From: Nemertoderma westbladi
Lineage: Eukaryota > Animalia > Xenacoelomorpha
Assembly: GCA_032718475.1 (NCBI GenBank)
Contig: JAUCBJ010006537.1
Location: 59,741-123,740, forward strand
Direction: 5' to 3'
DNA length: 64,000 nucleotides
Under the pieces are notes generated by a model. It was not told where the DNA came from. It searched no databases and was given only the letters and a program-made list of their open reading frames with translations. Position 1 is the stretch's first letter. The number at the start of each line of letters is the position of its first letter. Both the position numbers and the translations under genes were made by a program. This document shows positions 8,696 through 23,600 of this stretch, in pieces.

Positions 8696-11600
8696 AATAG
8701 CCATACAACTGTGAAAGTGAAAGTTAGTTATTGCATACGGAATAGCCATACAACTGTGAAAGTGAAAGTTAGTTATTGCATACGGAATAGCCATACAACT
8801 GCGAAAGTGAAAGTTATTTATTGCATACGGAATAGCCATACAACAGTGAAAGTGAAAGTTAGTTATTGCATACGGAATAGCCATACAAATGTGAAAGTGA
8901 AAGTTAGTTATTGCATACGGAATAGCCTTACAACTGTGAAAGTGAAAGTTAGTTATTGCATACGGAATAGCCATACAACTGTGAAAGTGAAAGTTAGTTA
9001 TTGCATACGGAATAGCCATACAACTGTGAAAGTGAAAGTTAGTTATGGCATACGGAATAGCCATACAACTGTGAAAGTGAAAGTTAGTTATTACATACGG
9101 AATAGCCATACAACTGTGAAAGTGAAAGTTAGTTATTACATACGGAATAGCCATACAACTGTGAAAGTGAAAGTTAGTTATTACATACGGAATAGCCATA
9201 CAACTGTGAAAGTGAAAGTTAGTTATTACATACGGAATAGCCATACAACTGTGAAAGTGAAAGTTAGTTATTGCATACGGAATAGCCATACAACTGTGAA
9301 AGTGAAAGTTAGTTATTGCATACGGAATAGCCTTACAACTGTGAAAGTGAAAGTTAGTTATTGCATACGGAATAGCCATACAACTGTGAAAGTGAAAGTT
9401 AGTTATTGCATACGGAATAGCCATACAACTGTGAAAGTGAAAGTTAGTTATGGCATACGGAATAGCCATACAACTGTGAAAGTGAAAGTTAGTTATTACA
9501 CACGGAATAGCCATACAACTGTGAAAGTGAAAGTTAGTTATTACATACGGAATAGCCATACAACTGTGAAAGTGAAAGTTAGTTATTACATACGGAATAG
9601 CCATACAACTGTGAAAGTGAAAGTTAGTTATTGCATACGGAATAGCCATACAACTGTGAAAGTGAAAGTTAGTTATTGCATACGGAATAGCCATACAACT
9701 GTGAAAGTGAAAGTTAGTTATTGCATACGGAATAGCCATACAACTGCGAAAGTGAAAGTTATTTATTGCATACGGAATAGCCATACAACAGTGAAAGTGA
9801 AAGTTAGTTATTGCATACGGAATAGCCATACAAATGTGAAAGTGAAAGTTAGTTATTGCATACGGAATAGCCTTACAACTGTGAAAGTGAAAGTTAGTTA
9901 TTGCATACGGAATAGCCATACAACTGTGAAAGTGAAAGTTAGTTATTGCATACGGAATAGCCATACAACTGTGAAAGTGAAAGTTAGTTATGGCATACGG
10001 AATAGCCATACAACTCTGAAAGTGAAAGTTAGTTATTACATACGGAATAGCCATACAACTGTGAAAGTGAAAGTTAGTTATTACATACGGAATAGCCATA
10101 CAACTGTGAAAGTGAAAGTTAGTTATTACATACGGAATAGCCATACAACTGTGAAAGTGAAAGTTAGTTATTACATACGGAATAGCCATACAACTGTGAA
10201 AGTGAAAGTTAGTTATTGCATACGGAATAGCCATACAACTGTGAAAGTGAAAGTTAGTTATTGCATACGGAATAGCCTTACAACTGTGAAAGTGAAAGTT
10301 AGTTATTGCATACGGAATAGCCATACAACTGTGAAAGTGAAAGTTAGTTATTGCATACGGAATAGCCATACAACTGTGAAAGTGAAAGTTAGTTATGGCA
10401 TACGGAATAGCCATACAACTGTGAAAGTGAAAGTTAGTTATTACATACGGAATAGCCATACAACTGTGAAAGTGAAAGTTAGTTATTACATACGGAATAG
10501 CCATACAACTGTGAAAGTGAAAGTTAGTTATTACATACGGAATAGCCATACAACTGTGAAAGTGAAAGTTAGTTATTGCATACGGAATAGCCATACAACT
10601 GTGAAAGTGAAAGTTAGTTATTGCATACGGAATAGCCATACAACTGTGAAAGTGAAAGTTAGTTATTGCATACGGAATAGCCATACAACTGTGAAAGTGA
10701 AAGTTAGTTATTGCATACGGAATAGCCATACAACTGTGAAAGTAAAAGTTAGTTATTGCATACGGAATAGCCATACAACTGTGAAAGTGAAAGTTAGTTA
10801 TTGCATACGGAATAGCCATACAACTGTGAAAGTGAAAGTTAGTTATTGCATACGGAATAGCCATACAACTGTGAAAGAGAAAAATAGTTATTGCATACGG
10901 AATAGCCATACAACTGTGAAAGAGAAAGTTAGTTATTGCATACGGAATAGCCATACAACTGTGAAAGTAAAAGTTAGTTATTGCATACGGAATAGCCATA
11001 CAACTGTGAAAGTGAAAGTTAGTTATTGCATACGGAATAGCCATACAACTGTGAAAGTGAAAGTTAGTTATTGCATACGGAATAGCCATACAACTGTGAA
11101 AGTGAAAGTTAGTTATTGCATACGGAATAGCCATACAACTGTGAAAGTGAAAGTTAGTTATTGCATACGGAATAGCCATACAACTGTGAAAGTGAAAGTT
11201 AGTTATTGCATACGGAATAGCTATACAACTGTGAAAGTGAAAGTTAGTTATTGCATACGGAATAGCCATACAACTGTGAAAGTGAAAGTTAGTTATTGTA
11301 TACGGAAAATCCATACAACTGTGAAAGTGAAAGTTAGTTATTGTATACGGAAAATCCATACAACTGTGAAAGTGAAAGTTAGTTATTGTATACGGAAAAT
11401 CCATACATACAACTGTGAAACTGAAAGTTAGTTATTGCATACGGAATAGCCATACAACTGTGAAAGAGAAAGTTAGTTATTGCATACGGAATAGCCATAC
11501 AACTGTGAAAGTGAAAGTTAGTTATTGCATACGGAATAGCCATACAACTGTGAAAGAGAAAGTTAGTTATTGCATACGGAATAGCCATACATACAACTGT

Positions 11601-14600
11601 GAAAGTGAAAGTTAGTTATTGCATACGGAATAGCCATACAACTGTGAAAGAGAAAGTTAGTTATTGCATACGGAATAGCCATACAACTGTGAAAGTGAAA
11701 GTTAGTTATTGTATACGGAATAGCCATACAACTGTGAAAGAGAAAAATAGTTATTGCATACGGAATAGCCATACAACTGTGAAAGAGAAAGTTAGTTATT
11801 GCATACGGAATAGCCATACAACAGTGAAAGTGAAAGTTAGTTATTGCATACGGAATAGCCATACAACTGTGAAAGAGAAAAATAGTTATTGCATACGGAA
11901 TAGCCATACAACTGTGAAAGAGAAAGTTAGTTATTGCATACGGAATAGCCATACAACAGTGAAAGTGAAAGTTAGTTATTGCATACGGAATAGCCATACA
12001 ACTGTGAAAGTAAAAGTTAGTTATTGCATACGGAATAGCCATACAACTGTGAAAGTGAAAGTTAGTTATTGCATACGGAATAGCCATACAACTGTGAAAG
12101 AGAAAGTTAGTTATTGCATACGGAATAGCCATACAACTGTGAAAGTGAAAGTTAGTTATTGCATACGGAATAGCCATACAACTGTGAAAGAGAAAGTTAG
12201 TTATTGCATACGGAATAGCCATACAACAGTGAAAGTGAAAGTTAGTTATTGCATACGGAATAGCCATACAACTGTGAAAGAGAAAAATAGTTATTGCATA
12301 CGGAATAGCCATACAACTGTGAAAGAGAAAGTTAGTTATTGCATACGGAATAGCCATACAACAGTGAAAGTGAAAGTTAGTTATTGCATACGGAATAGCC
12401 ATACAACTGTGAAAGTAAAAGTTAGTTATTGCATACGGAATAGCCATACATACAACTGTGAAAGTGAAAGTTAGTTATTGCATACGGAATAGCCATACAT
12501 ACAACTGTGAAAGTGAAAGTTAGTTATTGCATACGGAATAGCCATGCAACTGTGAAAGAGAAAAATAGTTATTGCATACGGAATAGCCATACAACTGTGA
12601 AAGTGAAAGTTAGTTATTGCATACGGAATAGCCATACAACTGTGAAAGTAAAAGTTAGTTATTGCATACGGAATAGCCATACATACAACTGTGAAAGTGA
12701 AAGTTAGTTATTGCATACGGAATAGCCATACATACAACTGTGAAAGTGAAAGTTAGTTATTGCATACGGAATAGCCATGCAACTGTGAAAGAGAAAAATA
12801 GTTATTGCATACGGAATAGCTATACAACTGTGAAAGTGAAAGTTAGTTATTGCATACGGAATAGCCATGCAACTGTGAAAGAGAAAAATAGTTATTGCAT
12901 ACGGAATAGCCATACAACTGTGAAAGTGAAAGTTAGTTATTGCATACGGAATAGCCATACATACAACTGTGAAAGTGAAAGTTAGTTATTGCATACGGAA
13001 TAGCCATGCAACTGTGAAAGTGAAAGTTAGTTATTGCATACGGAATAGCCATACAACTGTGAAAGTGAAAGTTAGTTATTGCATACGGAATAGCCATACA
13101 ACAGTGAAAGTGAAAGTTAGTTATTGCATACGGAATAGCCATACAACTGTGAAAGTAAAAGTTAGTTATTGCATACGGAATAGCCATACAACTGTGAAAG
13201 TGAAAGTTAGTTATTGCATACGGAATAGCCATACAACTGTGAAAGAGAAAAATAGTTATTGCATACGGAATAGCCATACAACTGTGAAAGAGAAAGTTAG
13301 TTATTGCATACGGAATAGCCTTACAGCTGTGAAAGTGAAAGTTAGTTATTGCATACGGAATAGTCATACATACAACTGTGAAAGTGAAAGTTAGTTATTG
13401 CATACGGAATAGCCATACAACTGTGAAAGAGAAAAATAGTTATTGCATACGGAATAGCCATACAACCCTGAAAGTGAAAGTTAGTTATTGCATACGGAAT
13501 AGCCATACAACTGTGAAAGTGAAAGTTAGTTATTGCATACGGAATAGCCATACAACCCTGAAAGTGAAAGTTAGTTATTGCATACGGAATAGCCATACAA
13601 CTGTGAAAGTGAAAGTTAGTTATTGCATACGGAATAGCCATACAACTGTGAAAGTAAAAGTTAGTTATTGCATACGGAATAGCCATACAACTGTGAAAGT
13701 AAAAGTTAGTTATTGCATACGGAATAGCCATACAACTGTGAAAGTGAAAGTTAGTTATTGCATACGGAATAGCCATACAACTGTGAAAGAGAAAAATAGT
13801 TATTGCATACGGAATAGCCATACAACTGTGAAAGTGAAAGTTAGTTATTGTATACGGAATAGCCATACAACTGTGAAAGTGAAAGTTAGTTATTGCATAC
13901 GGAATAGCCATACAACTGTGAAAGTAAAAGTTAGTTATTGCATACGGAATAGCCATACAACTGTGAAAGTGAAAGTTAGTTATTGCATACGGAATAGCCA
14001 TACAACTGTGAAAGTAAAAGTTAGTTATTGCATACGGAATAGCCATACAACTGTGAAAGTGAAAGTTAGTTATTGCATACGGAATAGCCATACAACTGTG
14101 AAAGTGAAAGTTAGTTATTGCATACGGAATAGCCATACAACTGTGAAAGAGAAAAATAGTTATTGCATACGGAATAGCCATACAACTGTGAAAGAGAAAA
14201 ATAGTTATTGCATACGGAATAGCCATACAACTGTGAAAGTGAAAGTTAGTTATTGCATACGGAATAGCCATACAACTGTGAAAGAGAAAAATAGTTATTG
14301 CATACGGAATAGCCATACAACTGTGAAAGAGAAAAATAGTTATTGCATACGGAATAGCCATACAACTGTGAAAGTGAAAGTTATTTATTGCATACGGAAT
14401 AGCCATACAACTGTGAAAGAGAAAAATAGTTATTGCATACGGAATAGCCATACAACTGTGAAAGTGAAAGTTAGTTATTGCATACGGAATAGCCATACAA
14501 CTGTGAAAGTGAAAGTTAGTTATTGCATACGGAATAGCCATACAACTGTGAAAGTGAAAGTTAGTTATTGCATACGGAATAGCCATACAACTGTGAAAGA

Positions 14601-17600
14601 GAAAAATAGTTATTGCATACGGAATAGCCATACATACAACCCTGAAAGTGAAAGTTAGTTATTGCATACAGAATAGCCATACAACTGTGAAAGAGAAAAA
14701 TAGTTATTGCATACGGAATAGCCATACAACTGTGAAAGTGAAAGTTAGTTATTGCATACGGAATAGCCATACAACTGTGAAAGTGAAAGTTAGTTATTGC
14801 ATACGGAATAGCCATACAACTGTGAAAGTAAAAGTTAGTTATTGCATACGGAATAGCCATACAACTGTGAAAGTGAAAGTTAGTTATTGCATACGGAATA
14901 GCCATACATACAATTGTGAAAGTGAAAGTTAGTTATTGCATACGGAATAGCCATACAACTGTGAAAGTAAAAGTTAGTTATTGCATACGGAATAGCCATA
15001 CAACTGTGAAAGTAAAAGTTAGTTATTGCATACGGAATAGCCATACAACTGTGAAAGTGAAAGTTAGTTATTGCATACGGAATAGCCATACAACTGTGAA
15101 AGTGAAAGTTAGTTATTGCATACGGAATAGCCATACAACTGTGAAAGAGAAAAATAGTTATTGCATACGGAATAGCCATACAACTGTGAAAGTGAAAGTT
15201 AGTTATTGCATACGGAATAGCCATACAACTGTGAAAGAGAAAAATAGTTATTGCATACGGAATAGCCATACATACAACCCTGAAAGTGAAAGTTAGTTAT
15301 TGCATACGGAATAGCCATACAACTGTGAAAGTGAAAGTTAGTTATTGCATACGGAATAGCCATACAACTGTGAAAGTAAAAGTTAGTTATTGCATACGGA
15401 ATAGCCATACAACTGTGAAAGAGAAAAATAGTTATTGCATACGGAATAGCCATACAACTGTGAAAGTGAAAGTTAGTTATTGCATACGGAATAGCCATAC
15501 AACTGTGAAAGTGAAAGTTAGTTATTGCATACGGAATAGCCATACAACTGTGAAAGTGAAAGTTAGTTATTGCATACGGAATAGCCATACAACTGTGAAA
15601 GTGAAAGTTAGTTATTGCATACGGAATAGCCATACAACTGTGAAAGTGAAAGTTAGTTATTGCATACGGAATAGCCATACAACTGTGAAAGAGAAAAATA
15701 GTTATTGCATACGGAATAGCCATACAACTGTGAAAGAGAAAAATAGTTATTGCATACGGAATAGCCATACAACTGTGAAAGTGAAAGTTAGTTATTGCAT
15801 ACGGAATAGCCATACAACTGTGAAAGTGAAAGTTAGTTATTGCATACGGAATAGCCATACAACTGTGAAAGTGAAAGTTAGTTATTGCATACGGAATAGC
15901 CATACAACTGTGAAAGTGAAAGTTAGTTATTGCATACGGAATAGCCATACAACTGTGAAAGAGAAAAATAGTTATTGCATACGGAATAGCCATACAACTG
16001 TGAAAGTGAAAGTTAGTTATTGCATACGGAATAGCCATACAACTGTGAAAGAGAAAAATAGTTATTGCATACGGAATAGCCATACAACTGTGAAAGAGAA
16101 AAATAGTTATTGCATACGGAATAGCCATACAACTGTGAAAGTGAAAGTTAGTTATTGCATACGGAATAGCCATACAACTGTGAAAGAGAAAAATAGTTAT
16201 TGCATACGGAATAGCCATACAACTGTGAAAGAGAAAAATAGTTATTGCATACGGAATAGCCATACACCTGTGAATGTGAAAGTTAGTTATTGCATACGGA
16301 ATGGCCATACAACCCTGAAAGTGAAAGTTAGTTATTGCATACGGAATAGCCATACAACTGTGAAAGTGAAAGTTAGTTATTGCATACGGAATAGCCATAC
16401 AACTGTGAAAGTAAAAGTTAGTTATTGCATACGGAATAGCCATACAACTGTGAAAGAGAAAAATAGTTATTGCATACGGAATAGCCATACAACTGTGAAA
16501 GTGAAAGTTAGTTATTGCATACGGAATAGCCAGCCATACAACTGTGAAAGTGAAAGTTAGTTATTGCATACGGAATAGCCATACAACTGTGAAAGTGAAA
16601 GTTAGTTATTGCATACGGAATAGCCATACAACTGTGAAAGAGAAAAATAGTTATTGCATACGGAATAGCCATACAACTGTGAAAGTGAAAGTTAGTTATT
16701 GCATACGGAATAGCCATACAACTGTGAAAGAGAAAAATAGTTATTGCATACGGAATAGCCATACATACAACCCTGAAAGTGAAAGTTAGTTATTGCATAC
16801 GGAATAGCCATACAACTGTGAAAGTGAAAGTTAGTTATTGCATACGGAATAGCCATACAACTGTGAAAGTAAAAGTTAGTTATTGCATACGGAATAGCCA
16901 TACAACTGTGAAAGTGAAAGTTAGTTATTGCATACGGAATAGCCATACAACTGTGAAATAGAAAAATAGTTATTGCATACGGAATAGCCATACAACTGTG
17001 AAAGTGAAAGTTAGTTATTGCATACGGAATAGCCATACAACTGTGAAAGTGAAAGTTAGTTATTGCATACGGAATAGCCATACAACTGTGAAAGAGAAAA
17101 ATAGTTATTGCATACGGAATAGCCATACAACTGTGAAAGTGAAAGTTAGTTATTGCATACGGAATAGCCATACAACTGTGAAAGAGAAAAATAGTTATTG
17201 CATACGGAATAGCCATACAACTGTGAAAGTGAAAGTTAGTTATTGCATACGGAATAGCCATACAACTGTGAAAGAGAAAAATAGTTATTGCATACGGAAT
17301 AGCCATACATACAACCCTGAAAGTGAAAGTTAGTTATTGCATACGGAATAGCCATACAACTGTGAAAGTGAAAGTTAGTTATTGCATACGGAATAGCCAT
17401 ACAACTGTGAAAGTAAAAGTTAGTTATTGCATACGGAATAGCCATACAACTGTGAAAGTGAAAGTTAGTTATTGCATACGGAATAGCCATACAACTGTGA
17501 AAGAGAAAAATAGTTATTGCATACGGAATAGCCATACAACTGTGAAAGTGAAAGTTAGTTATTGCATACGGAATAGCCATACAACTGTGAAAGTGAAAGT

Positions 17601-20600
17601 TAGTTATTGCATACGGAATAGCCATACAACTGTGAAAGAGAAAAATAGTTATTGCATACGGAATAGCCATACAACTGTGAAAGTGAAAGTTAGTTATTGC
17701 ATACGGAATAGCCATACAACTGTGAAAGTGAAAGTTAGTTATTGCATACGGAATAGCCATACAACTGTGAAAGAGAAAAATAGTTATTGCATACGGAATA
17801 GCCATACATACAACCCTGAAAGTGAAAGTTAGTTATTGCATACGGAATAGCCATACAACTGTGAAAGTGAAAGTTAGTTATTGCATACGGAATAGCCATA
17901 CAACTGTGAAAGTGAAAGTTAGTTATTGCACACGGAATAGCCATACAACTGTGAAAGTGAAAGTTAGTTATTGCATACGGAATAGCCATACAACTGTGAA
18001 AGTAAAAGTTAGTTATTGCATACGGAATAGCCATACAACTGTGAAAGTAAAAGTTAGTTATTGCATACGGAATAGCCATACAACTGTGAAAGTAAAAGTT
18101 AGTTATTGCATACGGAATAGCCATACAACTGTGAAAGAGAAAAATAGTTATTGCATACGGAATAGCCATACAACTGTGAAAGTAAAAGTTAGTTATTGCA
18201 TACGGAATAGCCATACAACTGTGAAAGTGAAAGTTAGTTATTGCATACGGAATAGCCATACAACTGTGAAAGAGAAAAATAGTTATTGCATACGGAATAG
18301 CCATACAACTGTGAAAGTGAAAGTTAGTTATTGCATACGGAATAGCCATACAACTGTGAAAGAGAAAAATAGTTATTGCATACGGAATAGCCATACATAC
18401 AACCCTGAAAGTGAAAGTTAGTTATTGCATACGGAATAGCCATACAACTGTGAAAGTGAAAGTTAGTTATTGCATACGGAATAGCCATACAACTGTGAAA
18501 GTAAAAGTTAGTTATTGCATACGGAATAGCCATACAACTGTGAAAGTAAAAGTTAGTTATTGCATACGGAATAGCCATACAACTGTGAAAGTGAAAGTTA
18601 GTTATTGCATACGGAAAAGCCATACAACTGTGAAAGAGAAAAATAGTTATTGCATACGGAATAGCCATACAACTGTGAAAGTGAAAGTTAGTTATTGCAT
18701 ACGGAATAGCCATACAACTACAACTGTGAAAGAGAAAAATAGTTATTGCATACGGAATAGCCATACAACTGTGAAAGTGAAAGTTAGTTATTGCATACGG
18801 AATAGCCATACAACTGTGAAAGAGAAAGTTAGTTATTGAATACGGAATAGCCATACATACAACTCTGAAAGTGAAAGTTAGTTATTGCATACGGAATAGC
18901 CATACAACTGTGAAAGAGAAAAATAGTTATTGCATACGGAATAGCCATACAACTGTGAAAGAGAAAGTTAGTTAGTGCATACGGAATAGCCATACAACTG
19001 TGAAAGTGAAAGTTAGTTATTGCATACGGAATAGCCATACAACTGTGAAAGAGAAAAATAGTTATTGCATACGGAATAGAAATACAACTGTGAAAGAGAA
19101 AAATAGTTATTGCATACGGAATAGCCATACAACTGTGAAAGTGAAAGTTAGTTATTGCATACGGAATAGCCATACAACTGTGAAAGTGAAAGTTAGTTAT
19201 TGCATACGGAATAGAAATACAACTGTGAAAGAGAAAAATAGTTATTGCATACGGAATAGCCATACAACTGTGAAAGTGAAAGTTAGTTATTGCATACGGA
19301 ATAGCCATACAACTGTGAAAGTGAAAGTTAGTTAGTGCATACGGAATAGCCATACAACTGTGAAAGTGAAAGTTAGTTATTGCATACGGAATAGAAATAC
19401 AACTGTGAAAGAGAAAAATAGTTATTGCATACGGAATAGCCATACAACTGTGAAAGAGAAAGTTAGTTAGTGCATACGGAATAGCCATACAACTGTGAAA
19501 GTGAAAGTTAGTTATTGCATACGGAATAGCCATACAACTGTGAAAGTGAAAGTTAGTTATTGCATACGGAATAGCCATACAACTGTGAAAGAGAAAGTTA
19601 GTTATTGCATACGGAATAGCCATACAACTGTGAAAGTGAAAGTTAGTTATTGCATACGGAATAGCCATACAACTGTGAAAGTGAAAGTTAGTTATTGCAT
19701 ACGGAATAGCCATACAACTGTGAAAGAGAAAGTTAGTTATTGCATACGGAATAGCCATACAACTGTGAAAGAGAAAAATAGTTATTGCATACGGAATAGC
19801 CATACAACTGTGAAAGTGAAAGTTAGTTATTGCATACGGAATAGCCATACAACTGTGAAAGTGAAAGTTAGTTATTGCATACGGAATAGCCATACAACTG
19901 TGAAAGTGAAAGTTAGTTATTGCATACGGAATAGACATACAACTGTGAAAGTGAAAGTTAGTTATTGCATACGGAATAGCCATACAACTGTGAAAGAGAA
20001 AGTTAGTTATTGCATACGGAATAGACATACAACTGTGAAAGAGAAAAATAGTTATTGCATACGGAATAGCCATACAACTGTGAAAGTGAAAGTTAGTTAT
20101 TGCATACGGAATAGACATACAACTGTGAAAGTGAAAGTTAGTTATTGCATACGGAATAGCCATACAACTGTGAAAGAGAAAGTTAGTTATTACATACGGA
20201 ATAGCCATACAACTGTGAAAGTGAAAGTTAGTTATTGCATACGGAATAGCCATACAACTGTGAAAGAGAAAGTTAGTTATTGCATACGGAATAGCCATAC
20301 AACTGTGAAAGAGAAAAATAGTTATTGCATACGGAATAGCCATACAACTGTGAAAGTGAAAGTTAGTTATTGCATACGGAATAGACATACAACTGTGAAA
20401 GAGAAAAATAGTTATTGCATACGGAATAGCCATACAACTGTGAAAGTGAAAGTTAGTTATTGCATACGGAATAGCCATACAACTGTGAAAGAGAAAAATA
20501 GTTATTGCATACGGAATAGCCATACAACTGTGAAAGTGAAAGTTAGTTATTGCATACGGAATAGCCATACAACTGTGAAAGTGAAAGTTAGTTATTGCAT

Positions 20601-23600
20601 ACGGAATAGCCATACAACTGTGAAAGTGAAAGTTAGTTATTGCATACGGAATAGCCATACAACTGTGAAAGTGAAAGTTAGTTATTGCATACGGAATAGC
20701 CATACAACTGTGAAAGAGAAAGTTAGTTATTGCATACGGAATAGCCATACAACTGTGAAAGAGAAAAATAGTTATTGCATACGGAATAGCCATACAACTG
20801 TGAAAGAGAAAGTTAGTTATTGCATACGGAATAGACATACAACTGTGAAAGAGAAAAATAGTTATTGCATACGGAATAGCCATACAACTGTGAAAGTGAA
20901 AGTTAGTTATTGCATACGGAATAGCCATACAACTGTGAAAGAGAAAAATAGTTATTGCATACGGAATAGCCATACAACTGTGAAAGTGAAAGTTAGTTAT
21001 TGCATACGGAATAGCCATACAACTGTGAAAGTGAAAGTTAGTTATTGCATACGGAATAGCCATACAACTGTGAAAGAGAAAAATAGTTATTGCATACGGA
21101 ATAGCCATACAACTGTGAAAGTGAAAGTTAGTTATTGCATACGGAATAGCCATACAACTGTGAAAGAGAAAAATAGTTATTGCATACGGAATAGCCATAC
21201 ATACAACTGTGAAAGTGAAAGTTAGTTATTGCATACGGAATAGCCATACAACTGTGAAAGAGAAAAATAGTTATTGCATACGGAATAGCCATACAACTGT
21301 GAAAGTGAAAGTTAGTTATTGCATACGGAATAGCCATACAACTGTGAAAGTGAAAGTTAGTTATTGCATACGGAATAGACATACAACTGTGAAAGTGAAA
21401 GTTAGTTATTGCATACGGAATAGCCATACAACTGTGAAAGAGAAAAATAGTTATTGCATACGGAATAGCCATACAACTGTGAAAGTGAAAGTTAGTTATT
21501 GCATACGGAATAGCCATACAACTGTGAAAGTGAAAGTTAGTTATTGCATACGGAATAGACATACAACTGTGAAAGTGAAAGTTAGTTATTGCATACGGAA
21601 TAGCCATACAACTGTGAAAGAGAAAAATAGTTATTGCATACGGAATAGCCATACATACAACTGTGAAAGTGAAAGTTAGTTATTGCATACGGAATAGCCA
21701 TACAACTGTGAAAGTGAAAGTTAGTTATTGTATACGGAATAGCCATACAACTGTGAAAGAGAAAAATAGTTATTGCATACGGAATAGCCATACAACTGTG
21801 AAAGTGAAAGTTAGTTATTGTATACGGAATAGCCATACAACTGTGAAAGTGAAAGTTAGTTATTGAATACGGAATAGCCATACAACTGTGAAAGTGAAAG
21901 TTAGTTATTGCATACGGAATAGCCATACAACTGTGAAAGAGAAAAATAGTTATTGCATACGGAATAGCCATACATACAACTGTGAAAGTGAAAGTTAGTT
22001 ATTGCATACGGAATAGCCATACAACTGTGAAAGTGAAAGTTAGTTATTGTATACGGAATAGCCATACAACTGTGAAAGAGAAAAATAGTTATTGCATACG
22101 GAATAGCCATACAACTGTGAAAGTGAAAGTTAGTTATTGTATACGGAATAGCCATACAACTGTGAAAGTGAAAGTTAGTTATTGAATACGGAATAGCCAT
22201 ACAACTGTGAAAGTGAAAGTTAGTTATTGCATACGGAATAGCCATACAACTGTGAAAGAGAAAAATAGTTATTGCATACGGAATAGCCATACAACTGTGA
22301 AAGTGAAAGTTAGTTATTGAATACGGAATAGCCATACAACTGTGAAAGTGAAAGTTAGTTATTGTATACGGAATAGCCATACAACTGTGAAAGAGAAAAA
22401 TAGTTATTGCATACGGAATAGCCATACAACTGTGAAAGTGAAAGTTAGTTATTGAATACGGAATAGCCATACAACTGTGAAAGTGAAAGTTAGTTATTGA
22501 ATACGGAATAGCCATACAACTGTGAAAGTGAAAGTTAGTTATTGCATACGGAATAGCCATACAACTGTGAAAGAGAAAAATAGTTATTGCATACGGAATA
22601 GCCATACAACTGTGAAAGTGAAAGTTAGTTATTGAATACGGAATAGCCATACAACTGTGAAAGTGAAAGTTAGTTATTGAATACGGAATAGCCATACAAC
22701 TGTGAAAGTGAAAGTTAGTTATTGTATACGGAATAGCCATACAACTGTGAAAGAGAAAAATAGTTATTGCATACGGAATAGCCATACAACTGTGAAAGTG
22801 AAAGTTAGTTATTGAATACGGAATAGCCATACAACTGTGAAAGTGAAAGTTAGTTATTGAATACGGAATAGCCATACAACTGTGAAAGTGAAAGTTAGTT
22901 ATTGCATACGGAATAGCCATACAACTGTGAAAGTGAAAGTTAGTTATTGCATACGGAATAGCCATACAACTGTGAAAGTGAAAGTTAGTTATTGCATACG
23001 GAATAGCCATACAACTGTGAAAGTGAAAGTTAGTTATTGCATATGGAATAGCCATACAACTGTGAAAGTGAAAGTTAGTTATTGCATACGGAATAGCCAT
23101 ACAACTGTGAAAGAGAAAAATAGTTATTGCATACGGAATAGCCATACAACTGTGAAAGTGAAAGTTAGTTATTGCATACGGAATAGCCATACAACTGTGA
23201 AAGAGAAAAATAGTTATTGCATACGGAATAGCCATACAACTGTGAAAGTGAAAGTTAGTTATTGCATACGGAATAGCCATACAACTGTGAAAGTGAAAGT
23301 TAGTTATTGCATACGGAATAGCCATACAACTGTGAAAGTGAAAGTTAGTTATTGCATACGGAATAGCCATACAACTGTGAAAGTGAAAGTTAGTTATTGC
23401 ATATGGAATAGCCATACAACTGTGAAAGTGAAAGTTAGTTATTGCATACGGAATAGCCATACAACTGTGAAAGTGAAAGTTAGTTATTGCATACGGAATA
23501 GCCATACAACTGTGAAAGTGAAAGTTAGTTATTGCATACGGAATAGCCATACAACTGTGAAAGTGAAAGTTAGTTATTGTATACGGAATAGCCATACAAC

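Noticed and set aside
1-8760. Common origin of the 37-bp and 45-bp repeats (shared AGTTGT and CGTAT in opposite orientation)
   Set aside because: Only two 5-6 bp words with different spacing, which is expected by chance.
8716-8760. Imperfect dyad in the 45-mer (TTG(C/T)AT-AC-GG-AATAG-CC-ATACAA)
   Set aside because: Short stem with a bulge and, in the consensus, a mismatch; too weak to claim a structure without computation.
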